Program-made: the position numbers and the translations under genes
Shown here: positions 1-8,611 of the stretch, in pieces
Numbering within the stretch: the first letter of the stretch is position 1
Layout of the letters: each line of letters begins with the position of its first letter
Assembly (NCBI GenBank): GCA_965248755.1
Contig: OZ252149.1
Span: forward strand, 2,144,001-2,208,000
DNA from: Candidatus Latescibacterota bacterium
Lineage (GTDB): Bacteria; Latescibacterota; CBDEFO01
DNA length: 64,000 bases
Reading direction: 5' to 3'
Notes under the pieces: model-generated
Databases searched by the model: none
Seen by the model: only the letters and a program-made list of their open reading frames with translations
Told to the model about the DNA's origin: nothing

Positions 1-2
1 GC

Positions 3-2030
3 ACCCTCGGCGAAGACCAGGCTGCCCAGCCGGGGATAACGGCTATCGCTGTTGTCTTAAGCGACGATTCTCCCGAAGACGGCGTGGGAGGGGCGGCCCT
101 CTTTGATCACGATATAACCATAGTCCGCGAAGATTTCGAAACCGGAAGACGCCAGACTTTAAGGCTGGAAGATCTCACAAATGACCCGACCAGATGGCCG
201 AATATATTGGGCGGCTTTCCAAAGGAGGGCTTTTTGGCTGCGGACGGATTAGAAAGGATAGTGATCAACTACGATTTCACAGACCCGTCATATACGGGAC
301 CGAATCCGACTGAGATAGTAAAGGTGACATTTGACATGGTCTTAGCCAACGACTTTAAAGTCCAGGTATGGTCAAACAGGCAGACAGGAGGAAGTAGAGT
401 GCCGATTCCTCCCTTAAGTGGGGCAATCATAGATGAAAACAACCCCGCGCTCTTAGATATGATGAGGGCAGAGGACAACATAAAGGACAGCTCCAACCGG
501 CAGAGGGTCGTCTTCGACTACGGACTGCCGACGGCCAATCAAATATACGGCGTCACCCTGGAGGTAACGGATGTTAAGGACTTCAACCTCTATGCGGAGT
601 TTGACATCAACCACAGATTCAGACAGTACCCCAACTTTGCCCTCTTTACCGAGGAAGAGAACTTTGAGGCCGCCTCCTCCAGATCGGAGGCGGGGATGGT
701 AAATCTTTCCTACCGCTCCTATCCGTGGTTCTTCCTTGGAGAGGCATTTACTATGGATCCCGACTATTCTACCAGCACTTTCATACTTAATCCACAAGGG
801 GGAATCACCTACGATAACCCGGGAACCTCTCTGTACGAGTTTGTGGACGATAACGACGACCAAGATAGGACCCCCGACTGGAGCCGCGCCAACCACGGGG
901 GCCCTGATCCGTCCGTCTTCCCCGGCTGGGATGAAAACAACGACTTCATATCCGACTTCAATCAAAACGACAACAGAGCGGTCACCAACCGCATACCCGA
1001 CTACGAGGAGCCGTTCCTAAGATACGGGGTAGACCGTCCGGAGTTCCTCTTTGGCATCGATCTGAACAACAACACCACGATTGACAGGTTCGAAAACGAT
1101 AATGAGCCCGATTTCCCCTATCAAAGGGACCACCGCGGATATAACGCCTACATCGGAGCGCATATAGTCCCCGATATAAGGCTTTCTGTGGGTCAGCTTC
1201 GCGAAGAGCTCATATCGTCCGAAAAGAAGAATATAACCACTTACGGGCTGTTTACATTAGATAGGAACTACCCTCGCTGGGGGAGGCTCAGAATCTTCGA
1301 AATGTTAAAGAGAACCAAAGATAACATCCCCGGTAACCGCTTCGGGCCACAGCTATTCTTGCAAGCTGAGACCCCGGGCATAGTCGCGGACATCTTACCG
1401 GCTCAAGACACCTGGATAAACACGTTCTGGACCGGGTTGGACTACACTCGGATCCACAATTTGAACATCATCAACAAGATCAAATATGAGATCTTCACCC
1501 AGCGATCTGACGATCCGAGGGCTCTGGACAGGAGCCCCTTAAACGACGATTCGTCCTTCTTCGGGCTTATAAACAAAGCGGATTATACCTACCGAATTGC
1601 CGATCTTGTTATCCGGCCCAGATTCAAGAGCGAATTCTTGAGACAGACGCCATTTAAAGAACGTGACGACAGTAGGCGAGAGTGGGCAAAGATGCCCTCC
1701 TTGATCTTGAAGTTCCCTATGCTTAGGGAGACGTCAATAGAGCTGGGCGCGGAATTTCTGCACTTTACCGAATTGAGGGCAGATGAAGACGACCTGCTAG
1801 AAAACGCGATTTTAGGTCCCACTGGCGACTATACCGAGTCCGTCTTTGCGATACAGTGGGAAACGGTGACAGATTATTTAGGATATAAGCTTATCATGCA
1901 GACAGGTTTCAAATTCTCAAGGACTTCCATCGAGACGATCAAAGCGACCGATTTGGAGATCGAAAAGAAAAACGAGGTGGAAACGAGCAGCACCACTTTT
2001 ATGATCTTCTACGCTGGAGTGCAGCAGTGA
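3..2030 (+). CDS. Large exported/outer-membrane protein of unknown function, 5'-partial; paralog of 2101..4908
   Basis: The frame is open from position 3 (TLGEDQAAQPG...). It shares long motifs with the next gene (DDNDDQD, VFPGWDENNDFISDFNQN, PFLRYGVDRPEFLFG, terminal YAGVQ). The C-terminal region shows alternating beta-strand patterns. Confidence 0.85.
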   Translation, partial: TLGEDQAAQPGITAIAVVLSDDSPEDGVGGAALFDHDITIVREDFETGRRQTLRLEDLTNDPTRWPNILGGFPKEGFLAADGLERIVINYDFTDPSYTGPNPTEIVKVTFDMVLANDFKVQVWSNRQTGGSRVPIPPLSGAIIDENNPALLDMMRAEDNIKDSSNRQRVVFDYGLPTANQIYGVTLEVTDVKDFNLYAEFDINHRFRQYPNFALFTEEENFEAASSRSEAGMVNLSYRSYPWFFLGEAFTMDPDYSTSTFILNPQGGITYDNPGTSLYEFVDDNDDQDRTPDWSRANHGGPDPSVFPGWDENNDFISDFNQNDNRAVTNRIPDYEEPFLRYGVDRPEFLFGIDLNNNTTIDRFENDNEPDFPYQRDHRGYNAYIGAHIVPDIRLSVGQLREELISSEKKNITTYGLFTLDRNYPRWGRLRIFEMLKRTKDNIPGNRFGPQLFLQAETPGIVADILPAQDTWINTFWTGLDYTRIHNLNIINKIKYEIFTQRSDDPRALDRSPLNDDSSFFGLINKADYTYRIADLVIRPRFKSEFLRQTPFKERDDSRREWAKMPSLILKFPMLRETSIELGAEFLHFTELRADEDDLLENAILGPTGDYTESVFAIQWETVTDYLGYKLIMQTGFKFSRTSIETIKATDLEIEKKNEVETSSTTFMIFYAGVQQ

Positions 2031-2100
2031 ACATGGGGCTTTGTGGCTTTTTGTGTTAAGACTATGGCTACACCACAGAGATAGAAAGAGGAGGAGATCG

Positions 2101-4908
2101 ATGTTAAAGAGTCGCACTATATTGCCGAGTGCAATAATTTTTCTCCTTTTGCTTGCCCTCTCCTGGGAGAGCACCCTTGCCCAGCAGGACTACGGAATCC
2201 GCTTGGGACAAAGAGAGGGCGACAAGGTGGCCTTTCGACCTCAAGGGCCGGGGACACTTTTAGGAACTATAGACCCTGTGGTCAAAAAATGGTACCTTCC
2301 GCAGGAGCTATATCAGGAGTATCAGTGGCAGACGTGGGATTACACCAACTACGGCAGGGATCGCTACAAACGTTATAATGATCCTATAAATGAGGGAGAC
2401 TACTTTTACGACCTCTACGGCAATTTTATAACCAGGGGATGGCTGGTCTACAATTGGACGGAGGAGCGCCCCAGGTCATCTGACGGCAGCAGTATCCTCA
2501 AAACGGGACAGTACGGCAGCTTCTTCAGGTCGCTTGTAATAGCCCGAGACCAGAAGGGACAATATTCCTACTCTATCACCGTAGGCGACGAGATACGTAC
2601 GACCCTAACGCCGATGACGTTTAGAAAGTCCACCTTCAACGGCGCTCAGGCCGATTTTATGTCAGATAATTACTCAGCGACTGTCCTGCTGTCCAGAATC
2701 AGCGCTCCGGGCATCCCAATAGCAGGCGCGGTTACCTCCGTCACCAATGACTACACCAATCTGATAGGGGGCAGGGCAAAGGTCAATATCGGGGATTTCG
2801 TGACGGTGGGAGGGACAATCGTTAATGCCCACACCGGCAGAGGCAACCTGGAAAGCTTTACGGGCAATCCGTATAAGGGGGCCCTTACCACAGGCCAGTT
2901 GCAGGACAAGATCAACACCATAACCATCCGGCTGAGCGACGCCTCTCCAGCGGACAACACAGGAGGTGCCGTCCTACTTTCTGACGACGTGGAGATAACG
3001 ACCAAGATCGGAGAGAGGGACACAGTTCTATCTGGAAACGCAGTAGGCTTCAGGCCCAACATGGAAGGCGGCATCCTGAAAGAAGGAGCTATAGTGGCAG
3101 ATGGAACCGAAACGATAACACTAAGGTACGACCTGTCCGATTTGGTGGAAATAGTGGGCGATGTAGACGTCGTAAACAGCATCGAAAAGGTCAGATTCAG
3201 ATTCACTCTGGCAAATGACTACAAAGTGGAGATGACATCTGACCGACAGACAAATAGGGAGGGACAGCCGATCTTCGTTCTGGTGACGCAGGCCAAGGGA
3301 AACGTAAAGGACGCCTCAAACAAGAAGGAGGTCGGCTTCGACTACGGTTTTCCCACAGCCAACCAGGTCTATGGCTTCACCCTGGAAGTAAAGGACCTTA
3401 TGGGATTTAATCTCTACACCGAGTTCGACATAAACCACCGTTTCAGGCAATATCCCAACCTCCGTCTGGAGACGCACGATGCCTCCTCAGGGATCATCGG
3501 CGATGAGGCGTCCGAAGCGTGGATGATGAACCTGTCGAAGATCTCTTATCCGTGGCACTTCTTCGCAGAGGGCTTCTATATGGACGACAACTACAACACG
3601 AGCCCCTTCATTGTGGATCAGTTTGGCAGAATAGACTACGAGGACGAAACCAGGAGCATCTACGACTTTGTGGACGACAACGATGACCAGGACCAGAAGC
3701 CCGACCAAGAAAGAAGGTTCCAGGACTACAGGACCTCGTCTGAAAGAGGGACTGAAGGAAGCACTTTGGATGGGGCTGCTGATGACGCGGTCTTCCCCGG
3801 ATGGGACGAAAACAACGACTTTATATCCGACTTCAATCAAAACAGCACCCCATTCCGGGAAAATACGATTCCCGACTACGATGAGCCGTTCCTGAGATAC
3901 GGTGTAGACCGCCCTGAATTCCTCTTTGGGATGGACCTGAATAATAACGGATGGATAGACAGATTTGAAAACGACAACGAACCCGACTATCCCTACAAAA
4001 AGGATCGAAAGGGATACAACATCTACCTTGGAAGCCACATAACGCCAGAGATGATTCTGACGGTGGGACAGGAGCGCGAATTTCTCATATCTGACGACAG
4101 AAAAAACCTGACCACGTACGCGCTTTTCACATTCGAAAGGGAATACGCAAAGATCGGTAGATTACGGTTTTTCGATATGGTCAAGAAGGTCAAAGACAAC
4201 ATCCAGGACGATCTCTTTCAGTGGATACAGCCCCCTGGATCGGTCGGGGTGAATCAATTCGTACCAGACCCGCTGTCGGCTCAGGATACCTGGATAAATA
4301 CGGCCTGGTTCGGCTTTGACCGTTCGACCGACTGGGGAATAAACCTTGTCAACAAGTTCAAATACGAAATATTGGACCAGCGCCAAGACGAAAGCATCAC
4401 GGGGTTCAAGGAGAACACACGACTTTTGGGCATCGTCAACAAGGTCGATTATATCCAAAAGATCGGTAACATGAAGATCCGTCCGAAGTTCAAAAGCGCA
4501 CTTTTAAAGGATAACACTCCTTACTCCCTCGGTAGGGCAGAGCGAGACGAATGGTCGGGCATATTCTCCCTGGTTTTCGAGTTTCCGGCCTTCAGGAAAA
4601 CTAACATCGAAATAGGACTCGAACAGCTCTTTTCCCAGGATATGCTCCTCGATGAGACGTTAAAAGTCGTGGATGATGCCGGGAATGTTATTAAAGGGAA
4701 TTTCGAGGCGCGTCAGCCCACGGGAGATTTCTTCGGTACTGTGTTGGCGGCGCAGTTGACCAATATCGGGGACTATGTAGGCTACCGGCTGATCACCCAG
4801 CTCGGCATTAGAGTCGACAGAAAATCCCTTGAGAGATTTGAAGAGGACAGAAAATCACAGACCGATAGTTTCGTCTTTGTGACAGTGTACGCTGGTGTTC
4901 AAGAATAG
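2101..4908 (+). CDS. Large exported/outer-membrane protein with Asp/Asn-rich putative Ca-binding loops
   Basis: ATG 2101 follows a GAGGAGG RBS. Sec-type signal peptide MLKSRTILPSAIIFLLLLALSWESTLA. Paralogous to the upstream gene. Confidence 0.85.
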   Translation: MLKSRTILPSAIIFLLLLALSWESTLAQQDYGIRLGQREGDKVAFRPQGPGTLLGTIDPVVKKWYLPQELYQEYQWQTWDYTNYGRDRYKRYNDPINEGDYFYDLYGNFITRGWLVYNWTEERPRSSDGSSILKTGQYGSFFRSLVIARDQKGQYSYSITVGDEIRTTLTPMTFRKSTFNGAQADFMSDNYSATVLLSRISAPGIPIAGAVTSVTNDYTNLIGGRAKVNIGDFVTVGGTIVNAHTGRGNLESFTGNPYKGALTTGQLQDKINTITIRLSDASPADNTGGAVLLSDDVEITTKIGERDTVLSGNAVGFRPNMEGGILKEGAIVADGTETITLRYDLSDLVEIVGDVDVVNSIEKVRFRFTLANDYKVEMTSDRQTNREGQPIFVLVTQAKGNVKDASNKKEVGFDYGFPTANQVYGFTLEVKDLMGFNLYTEFDINHRFRQYPNLRLETHDASSGIIGDEASEAWMMNLSKISYPWHFFAEGFYMDDNYNTSPFIVDQFGRIDYEDETRSIYDFVDDNDDQDQKPDQERRFQDYRTSSERGTEGSTLDGAADDAVFPGWDENNDFISDFNQNSTPFRENTIPDYDEPFLRYGVDRPEFLFGMDLNNNGWIDRFENDNEPDYPYKKDRKGYNIYLGSHITPEMILTVGQEREFLISDDRKNLTTYALFTFEREYAKIGRLRFFDMVKKVKDNIQDDLFQWIQPPGSVGVNQFVPDPLSAQDTWINTAWFGFDRSTDWGINLVNKFKYEILDQRQDESITGFKENTRLLGIVNKVDYIQKIGNMKIRPKFKSALLKDNTPYSLGRAERDEWSGIFSLVFEFPAFRKTNIEIGLEQLFSQDMLLDETLKVVDDAGNVIKGNFEARQPTGDFFGTVLAAQLTNIGDYVGYRLITQLGIRVDRKSLERFEEDRKSQTDSFVFVTVYAGVQE

Positions 4909-4942
4909 GCGAATCCCAAAGTGTGCTTGCCCCAAAGAGTGC

Positions 4943-4971
4943 TTGCAATGTTATCGTATAAGAGCCATAAT
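4943..4971 (+). promoter_or_regulatory. Putative sigma70 promoter for the PPIase gene
   Basis: TTGCAA-N17-CATAAT. Confidence 0.5.
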
Positions 4972-5115
4972 ACTACGATGTCCGTCTCAAATTAGCGGTT
5001 CTTTATGAGGAGATGGACGTTGTCGCAAACGAGAACGCTGTCAGCAGATGAGTTGTAGGGGCACATGCGTGTGTGCGCTCTCGTAATTTACCGGGGAAAA
5101 GGAGATCTTTAAAAG

Positions 5116-6798
5116 GTGAACAATATCGCTGCTGTTGTAAAAAAAGCTACAAGAATTCGTGTGTTCCCGATCGCCTTTTTGGTTATCTGTATGAGTTGCG
5201 CGAAGCAAAAGGGGGATTTAGTAGTAGCCCAGGTTGGAGATAAGACGATAACTTTAAAGCAGTTTCAGGAATTTTATGATAAACTCCCCGAATATTACCA
5301 TAGCCAAAAAACAGGAATGGAAGGAGAAAGGAATCATCTGCAAACTATGATTGATATGAAGCTCTTGACGATGGAGTCCCCCAAGGTGGGCATCGATAAG
5401 AGCCTCGCCTTTCTAAGGAAGATGAATAAGGCCAAAAAGGAAAAGCTTGTAGGTATCTTTCAACGAAGGGAAATAAAGATAGATGTAAAAGAAGAGGAGA
5501 TACAGGAGTTCTTTGAAAAGCATGGATTCTCCAGGGGGATCAGGTTCAGCGATATTACGGTTGACAGTGAGGACAAAGTAAAGCTCGCTTTTGAGGAGAT
5601 CAAAAAGGGGAAAAGCTTTGAGGATGTTGCCAGGAAGTGGTCTACGAATAAAGAGACTGCTCCAAGAGGGGGCGATACAGAAAGGTACAGTGTCAAAGAA
5701 AGTATAACGCTGATTCAGGACAAGCTATATTCTCTCAAGGTGGGCGAAGTATCAGAGCCCGTAAAGATTGGCAGCGGATATTCGATCTTCAAAGTTGTTG
5801 CTGATACTACAATGGCCCTTGGCCCGGAGCTGAGAGCAAAGATTTCCAAATCACTCTATGTAAAGAAGTTTAGTCTCGAAAGAGCCGCTTTAGTAGACAA
5901 GCTCAAGAATAAATATCACCTCGAACTGGATCAGGGTGGTTTGAACGCCTTTGTTGACAGCTTGCGCAACGGTGCATCTTTTGAAACGGAGGATGAGCGG
6001 AATATCGTCGTTTACAGATACGACAGGGGAAAGATAACAGCAGGAGACTTTATCTACGTGATCAGCGATCTAAAAAGTAAAGGTGGTCCCACTAATTTTA
6101 CAGATAGCCGACAGGCGGTCTCCTTTGCAGAGCGTGCCGTAATTCCCTACATAATGATTATGGAAGCTGCTATTCGCGGTGGAATAGATAAGGAGGAAGA
6201 TATAGCAAAATGGCTTGAGACAAAAAGAAGGAAGTTTTTAATATGGGGACTCAGGAAAAGAGCGCTGGAAGGGAAGGTAAACATAACTGAGGAAGAGATA
6301 CGACGGGAGTACGACAGCAATCCGGATAATTATATGCGCCCTGAGCACATACATATACAGGAGATACTTGTAGAGACAGAGGAAGAGGCGCTGCGCCTTA
6401 AGGAGCAGATCCGAGAGGGCGCCCTATTGGGCCAGCTTGCAGGGATTCATTCTATACGGCCTATAAAAGAACGAGATGAAGAAGGAAGCATGTATTTTCA
6501 TGCCGATCCCATCCACCGCTATAAATACGGCGACTTAGTGGAAGCTGCACAGGAAGCGCAGATAGAGGTGCTCAAAGGTCCTGTTAAGGTAAAGGGTGGC
6601 TATTCTATATTCAAGGTGCTATCCAGAAAGCATGAGAGACGGCCCTTTTCAGATGCCAAGAGGCTTGTTAGAAAGCATATAAAGAAAGTGAGGGAGGCGG
6701 AGATATTTGAGCAGTTTCTGAAAGTACTGCGAAATAAATACGCATCACAGGTGAATATCCTAGAAGATAACCTTAAAGTAGCCTTCAAAACCGAGTAG
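5116..6798 (+). CDS. Parvulin/PpiC-type peptidyl-prolyl isomerase (SurA/PrsA-like), probable lipoprotein, two PPIase domains
   Basis: Lipobox-like ICMSC; motifs GKSFEDVARKWS..TAPRGGD, GEVSEPVKIGSGYSIFKV and a second GPVKVKGGYSIFKV. Confidence 0.85.
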   Translation: MNNIAAVVKKATRIRVFPIAFLVICMSCAKQKGDLVVAQVGDKTITLKQFQEFYDKLPEYYHSQKTGMEGERNHLQTMIDMKLLTMESPKVGIDKSLAFLRKMNKAKKEKLVGIFQRREIKIDVKEEEIQEFFEKHGFSRGIRFSDITVDSEDKVKLAFEEIKKGKSFEDVARKWSTNKETAPRGGDTERYSVKESITLIQDKLYSLKVGEVSEPVKIGSGYSIFKVVADTTMALGPELRAKISKSLYVKKFSLERAALVDKLKNKYHLELDQGGLNAFVDSLRNGASFETEDERNIVVYRYDRGKITAGDFIYVISDLKSKGGPTNFTDSRQAVSFAERAVIPYIMIMEAAIRGGIDKEEDIAKWLETKRRKFLIWGLRKRALEGKVNITEEEIRREYDSNPDNYMRPEHIHIQEILVETEEEALRLKEQIREGALLGQLAGIHSIRPIKERDEEGSMYFHADPIHRYKYGDLVEAAQEAQIEVLKGPVKVKGGYSIFKVLSRKHERRPFSDAKRLVRKHIKKVREAEIFEQFLKVLRNKYASQVNILEDNLKVAFKTE

Positions 6799-6806
6799 CG
6801 CACACT

Positions 6807-6957
6807 CGGATAAGTCCACAAGTGATGGTTACCTTTTGCAACATAGTAATTGGTTTTATGCACCGTGCGGGTGAGACCAATATTACTGCTGCCCGTGCCC
6901 AGCCCTGATCAGCTGTAGTCCTCTTTGACATTGAAATGGAAAACTGAATAGCCACTG
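6807..6957 (+). pseudogene. Remnant of an ISAs1-family transposase 3' end
   Basis: Translates as RISPQVMVTFCNIVIGFMHRAGETNITAARAQP*SAVVLFDIEMEN*, resembling the ISAs1 C-terminus (PQVMA.LRN..IGLLR..G..NIAAA). Followed by the IR-like ATAGCCACTG. Confidence 0.6.
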
Positions 6958-7025
6958 GATGGATCCTAATCTTGTTTCCCCTTTTACAAGGTGTAAATAT
7001 TTTTTACATTTTGCCAAAAAAAGAC

Positions 7026-7054
7026 TTGACATTTGACAGAACTTTATGTATTAT
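7026..7054 (+). promoter_or_regulatory. Sigma70 promoter
   Basis: TTGACA-N17-TATTAT. Confidence 0.65.
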
Positions 7055-7314
7055 GTAGCGTTATAAGTTAGAAACCTTACGATATAGCACTCTGTCATAT
7101 TAGCTGTACAATTAGCCTAAACTTACATATAGGTGCCTCGTCGGCTTTATGAACATAATTTGGAGGACTACGGTATGCCCCAGAAATGGAAAAGGAGGTG
7201 GGCCTGGGTTAGATAGATGAAGGGAAGGGGTAGAGTTGTGTCATAACTGCATTCTCCCGCTTGTTTGGAGCCGGAGATTTGCTGTAACAATGTAAACATT
7301 AGGAGGTAGCAGTA

Positions 7315-8268
7315 ATGAAGACATTAATCAGAAGTTCCCTGGCGCTCAGCCTGATATTCGCCGTGGCCACACTCGTCTCAGCACATGAGCCGCCGGGAGT
7401 AGAGTTTTTCGCTTATGGATTCCATCTTGACGACGTCCCTGATATAGATGGCAACCGTGCTGACTGGGATGCAATCCCTGATATCGCGGATGTTTCGCTA
7501 AATCAAGTAGAGGGTGAATTCTGGGAGGCCGTAAGGAATCCAGGGTTTGATCTTGCTGATTATAACATCCAGGGCATTATAGGGTGGAACGATGAGCTCA
7601 ACCGCGTCTACATGATGGTGCACACATTTGATGACATTCTATCGTATGGCACCTACCGTGGAGTGTCCTCAGGCTTCAACGGAGACGACGACATTAACTT
7701 CATCCTGGATGCCGACCACAGCGGCGGAAATCTGTTCGACGACGCATGGCTGGCTGAAGGCGTTACCCGAGAAGAACAGGAGCAGTTGTTCTTCACGACC
7801 GGCCAGCTTTACACAATGCTTGTGCCGCCCAGAGACGGCTTTTACAGCTTTATGTACTTCCTGGATAACGGCAAGGCGATCAGTTGGCTGACAGACGGAA
7901 CGCAGGACGTTTCTCCTGACTATCTTGAGACCGGCTGGAGCGTCGAAGGCGACGTGGGAGGACCTGGCGAAACCATTTATGAGTATAAGGTAACTCCTTT
8001 TGAGATCCTGAGCTACTCTGGCGCTGCCGCCAGCACAATTGTAGATCTTGAGCCCGACAAAATCATACACGTCGGGTTCGTCATGAAGGACTACGATGAT
8101 AAGCTCACGGGCTACGAGGGGTCCTATGACTTCCCGGGCCTACACAATACCTGGCGCAACGCCAGTCTCCACGGCGACTTCGTGCTGTTGGCACCCCCTG
8201 CTGGGTCCGTGACAGCGGTCGAGGAAGACACATGGGGCAGGATCAAGGCTTCGTTCCAATTGGAGTAG
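7315..8268 (+). CDS. Secreted CBM9/DOMON-like protein with C-terminal TAVEEDTWGRIK motif
   Basis: AGGAGG RBS; signal peptide; PDIDGNRADW, GWNDELNRVY and DDINFILDADHSGG pattern; terminal TWGxIK motif. Confidence 0.75.
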   Translation: MKTLIRSSLALSLIFAVATLVSAHEPPGVEFFAYGFHLDDVPDIDGNRADWDAIPDIADVSLNQVEGEFWEAVRNPGFDLADYNIQGIIGWNDELNRVYMMVHTFDDILSYGTYRGVSSGFNGDDDINFILDADHSGGNLFDDAWLAEGVTREEQEQLFFTTGQLYTMLVPPRDGFYSFMYFLDNGKAISWLTDGTQDVSPDYLETGWSVEGDVGGPGETIYEYKVTPFEILSYSGAAASTIVDLEPDKIIHVGFVMKDYDDKLTGYEGSYDFPGLHNTWRNASLHGDFVLLAPPAGSVTAVEEDTWGRIKASFQLE

Positions 8269-8296
8269 TTAGGTATTAAGCTCGACGCGGCACCCT

Positions 8297-8330
8297 GGGG
8301 GGGATAATTCTTATCCCCCCCTACTTTTTC
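8297..8330 (+). terminator. Rho-independent terminator
   Basis: GGGGGGGATAA-TTC-TTATCCCCCCC hairpin followed by TACTTTTT. Confidence 0.75.
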
Positions 8331-8611
8331 TATGGAGCGACGGGAATTCCGAATTCTGCACATTGACTGGAACGGTATTAGGACTGAAGAGTCTCAGTAG
8401 TTAAGTCGGAGTTCAGCAGCCGAGGGAAGCACACCTAAGCAAGTTTAAAAATATAGGTAAGATTCACTTTTGCCGGTTATATTAAATTTATAAAAAGCTT
8501 GAAAAGCCCGCATACAAAAACTCTGATGGTAGAAAGGAGGCAGGGCGTTTCTTCCGCTGACTATACGAGGCGGTTTTGATGCCCGGATTCTTTATGAAAG
8601 GTCTTAGAATC

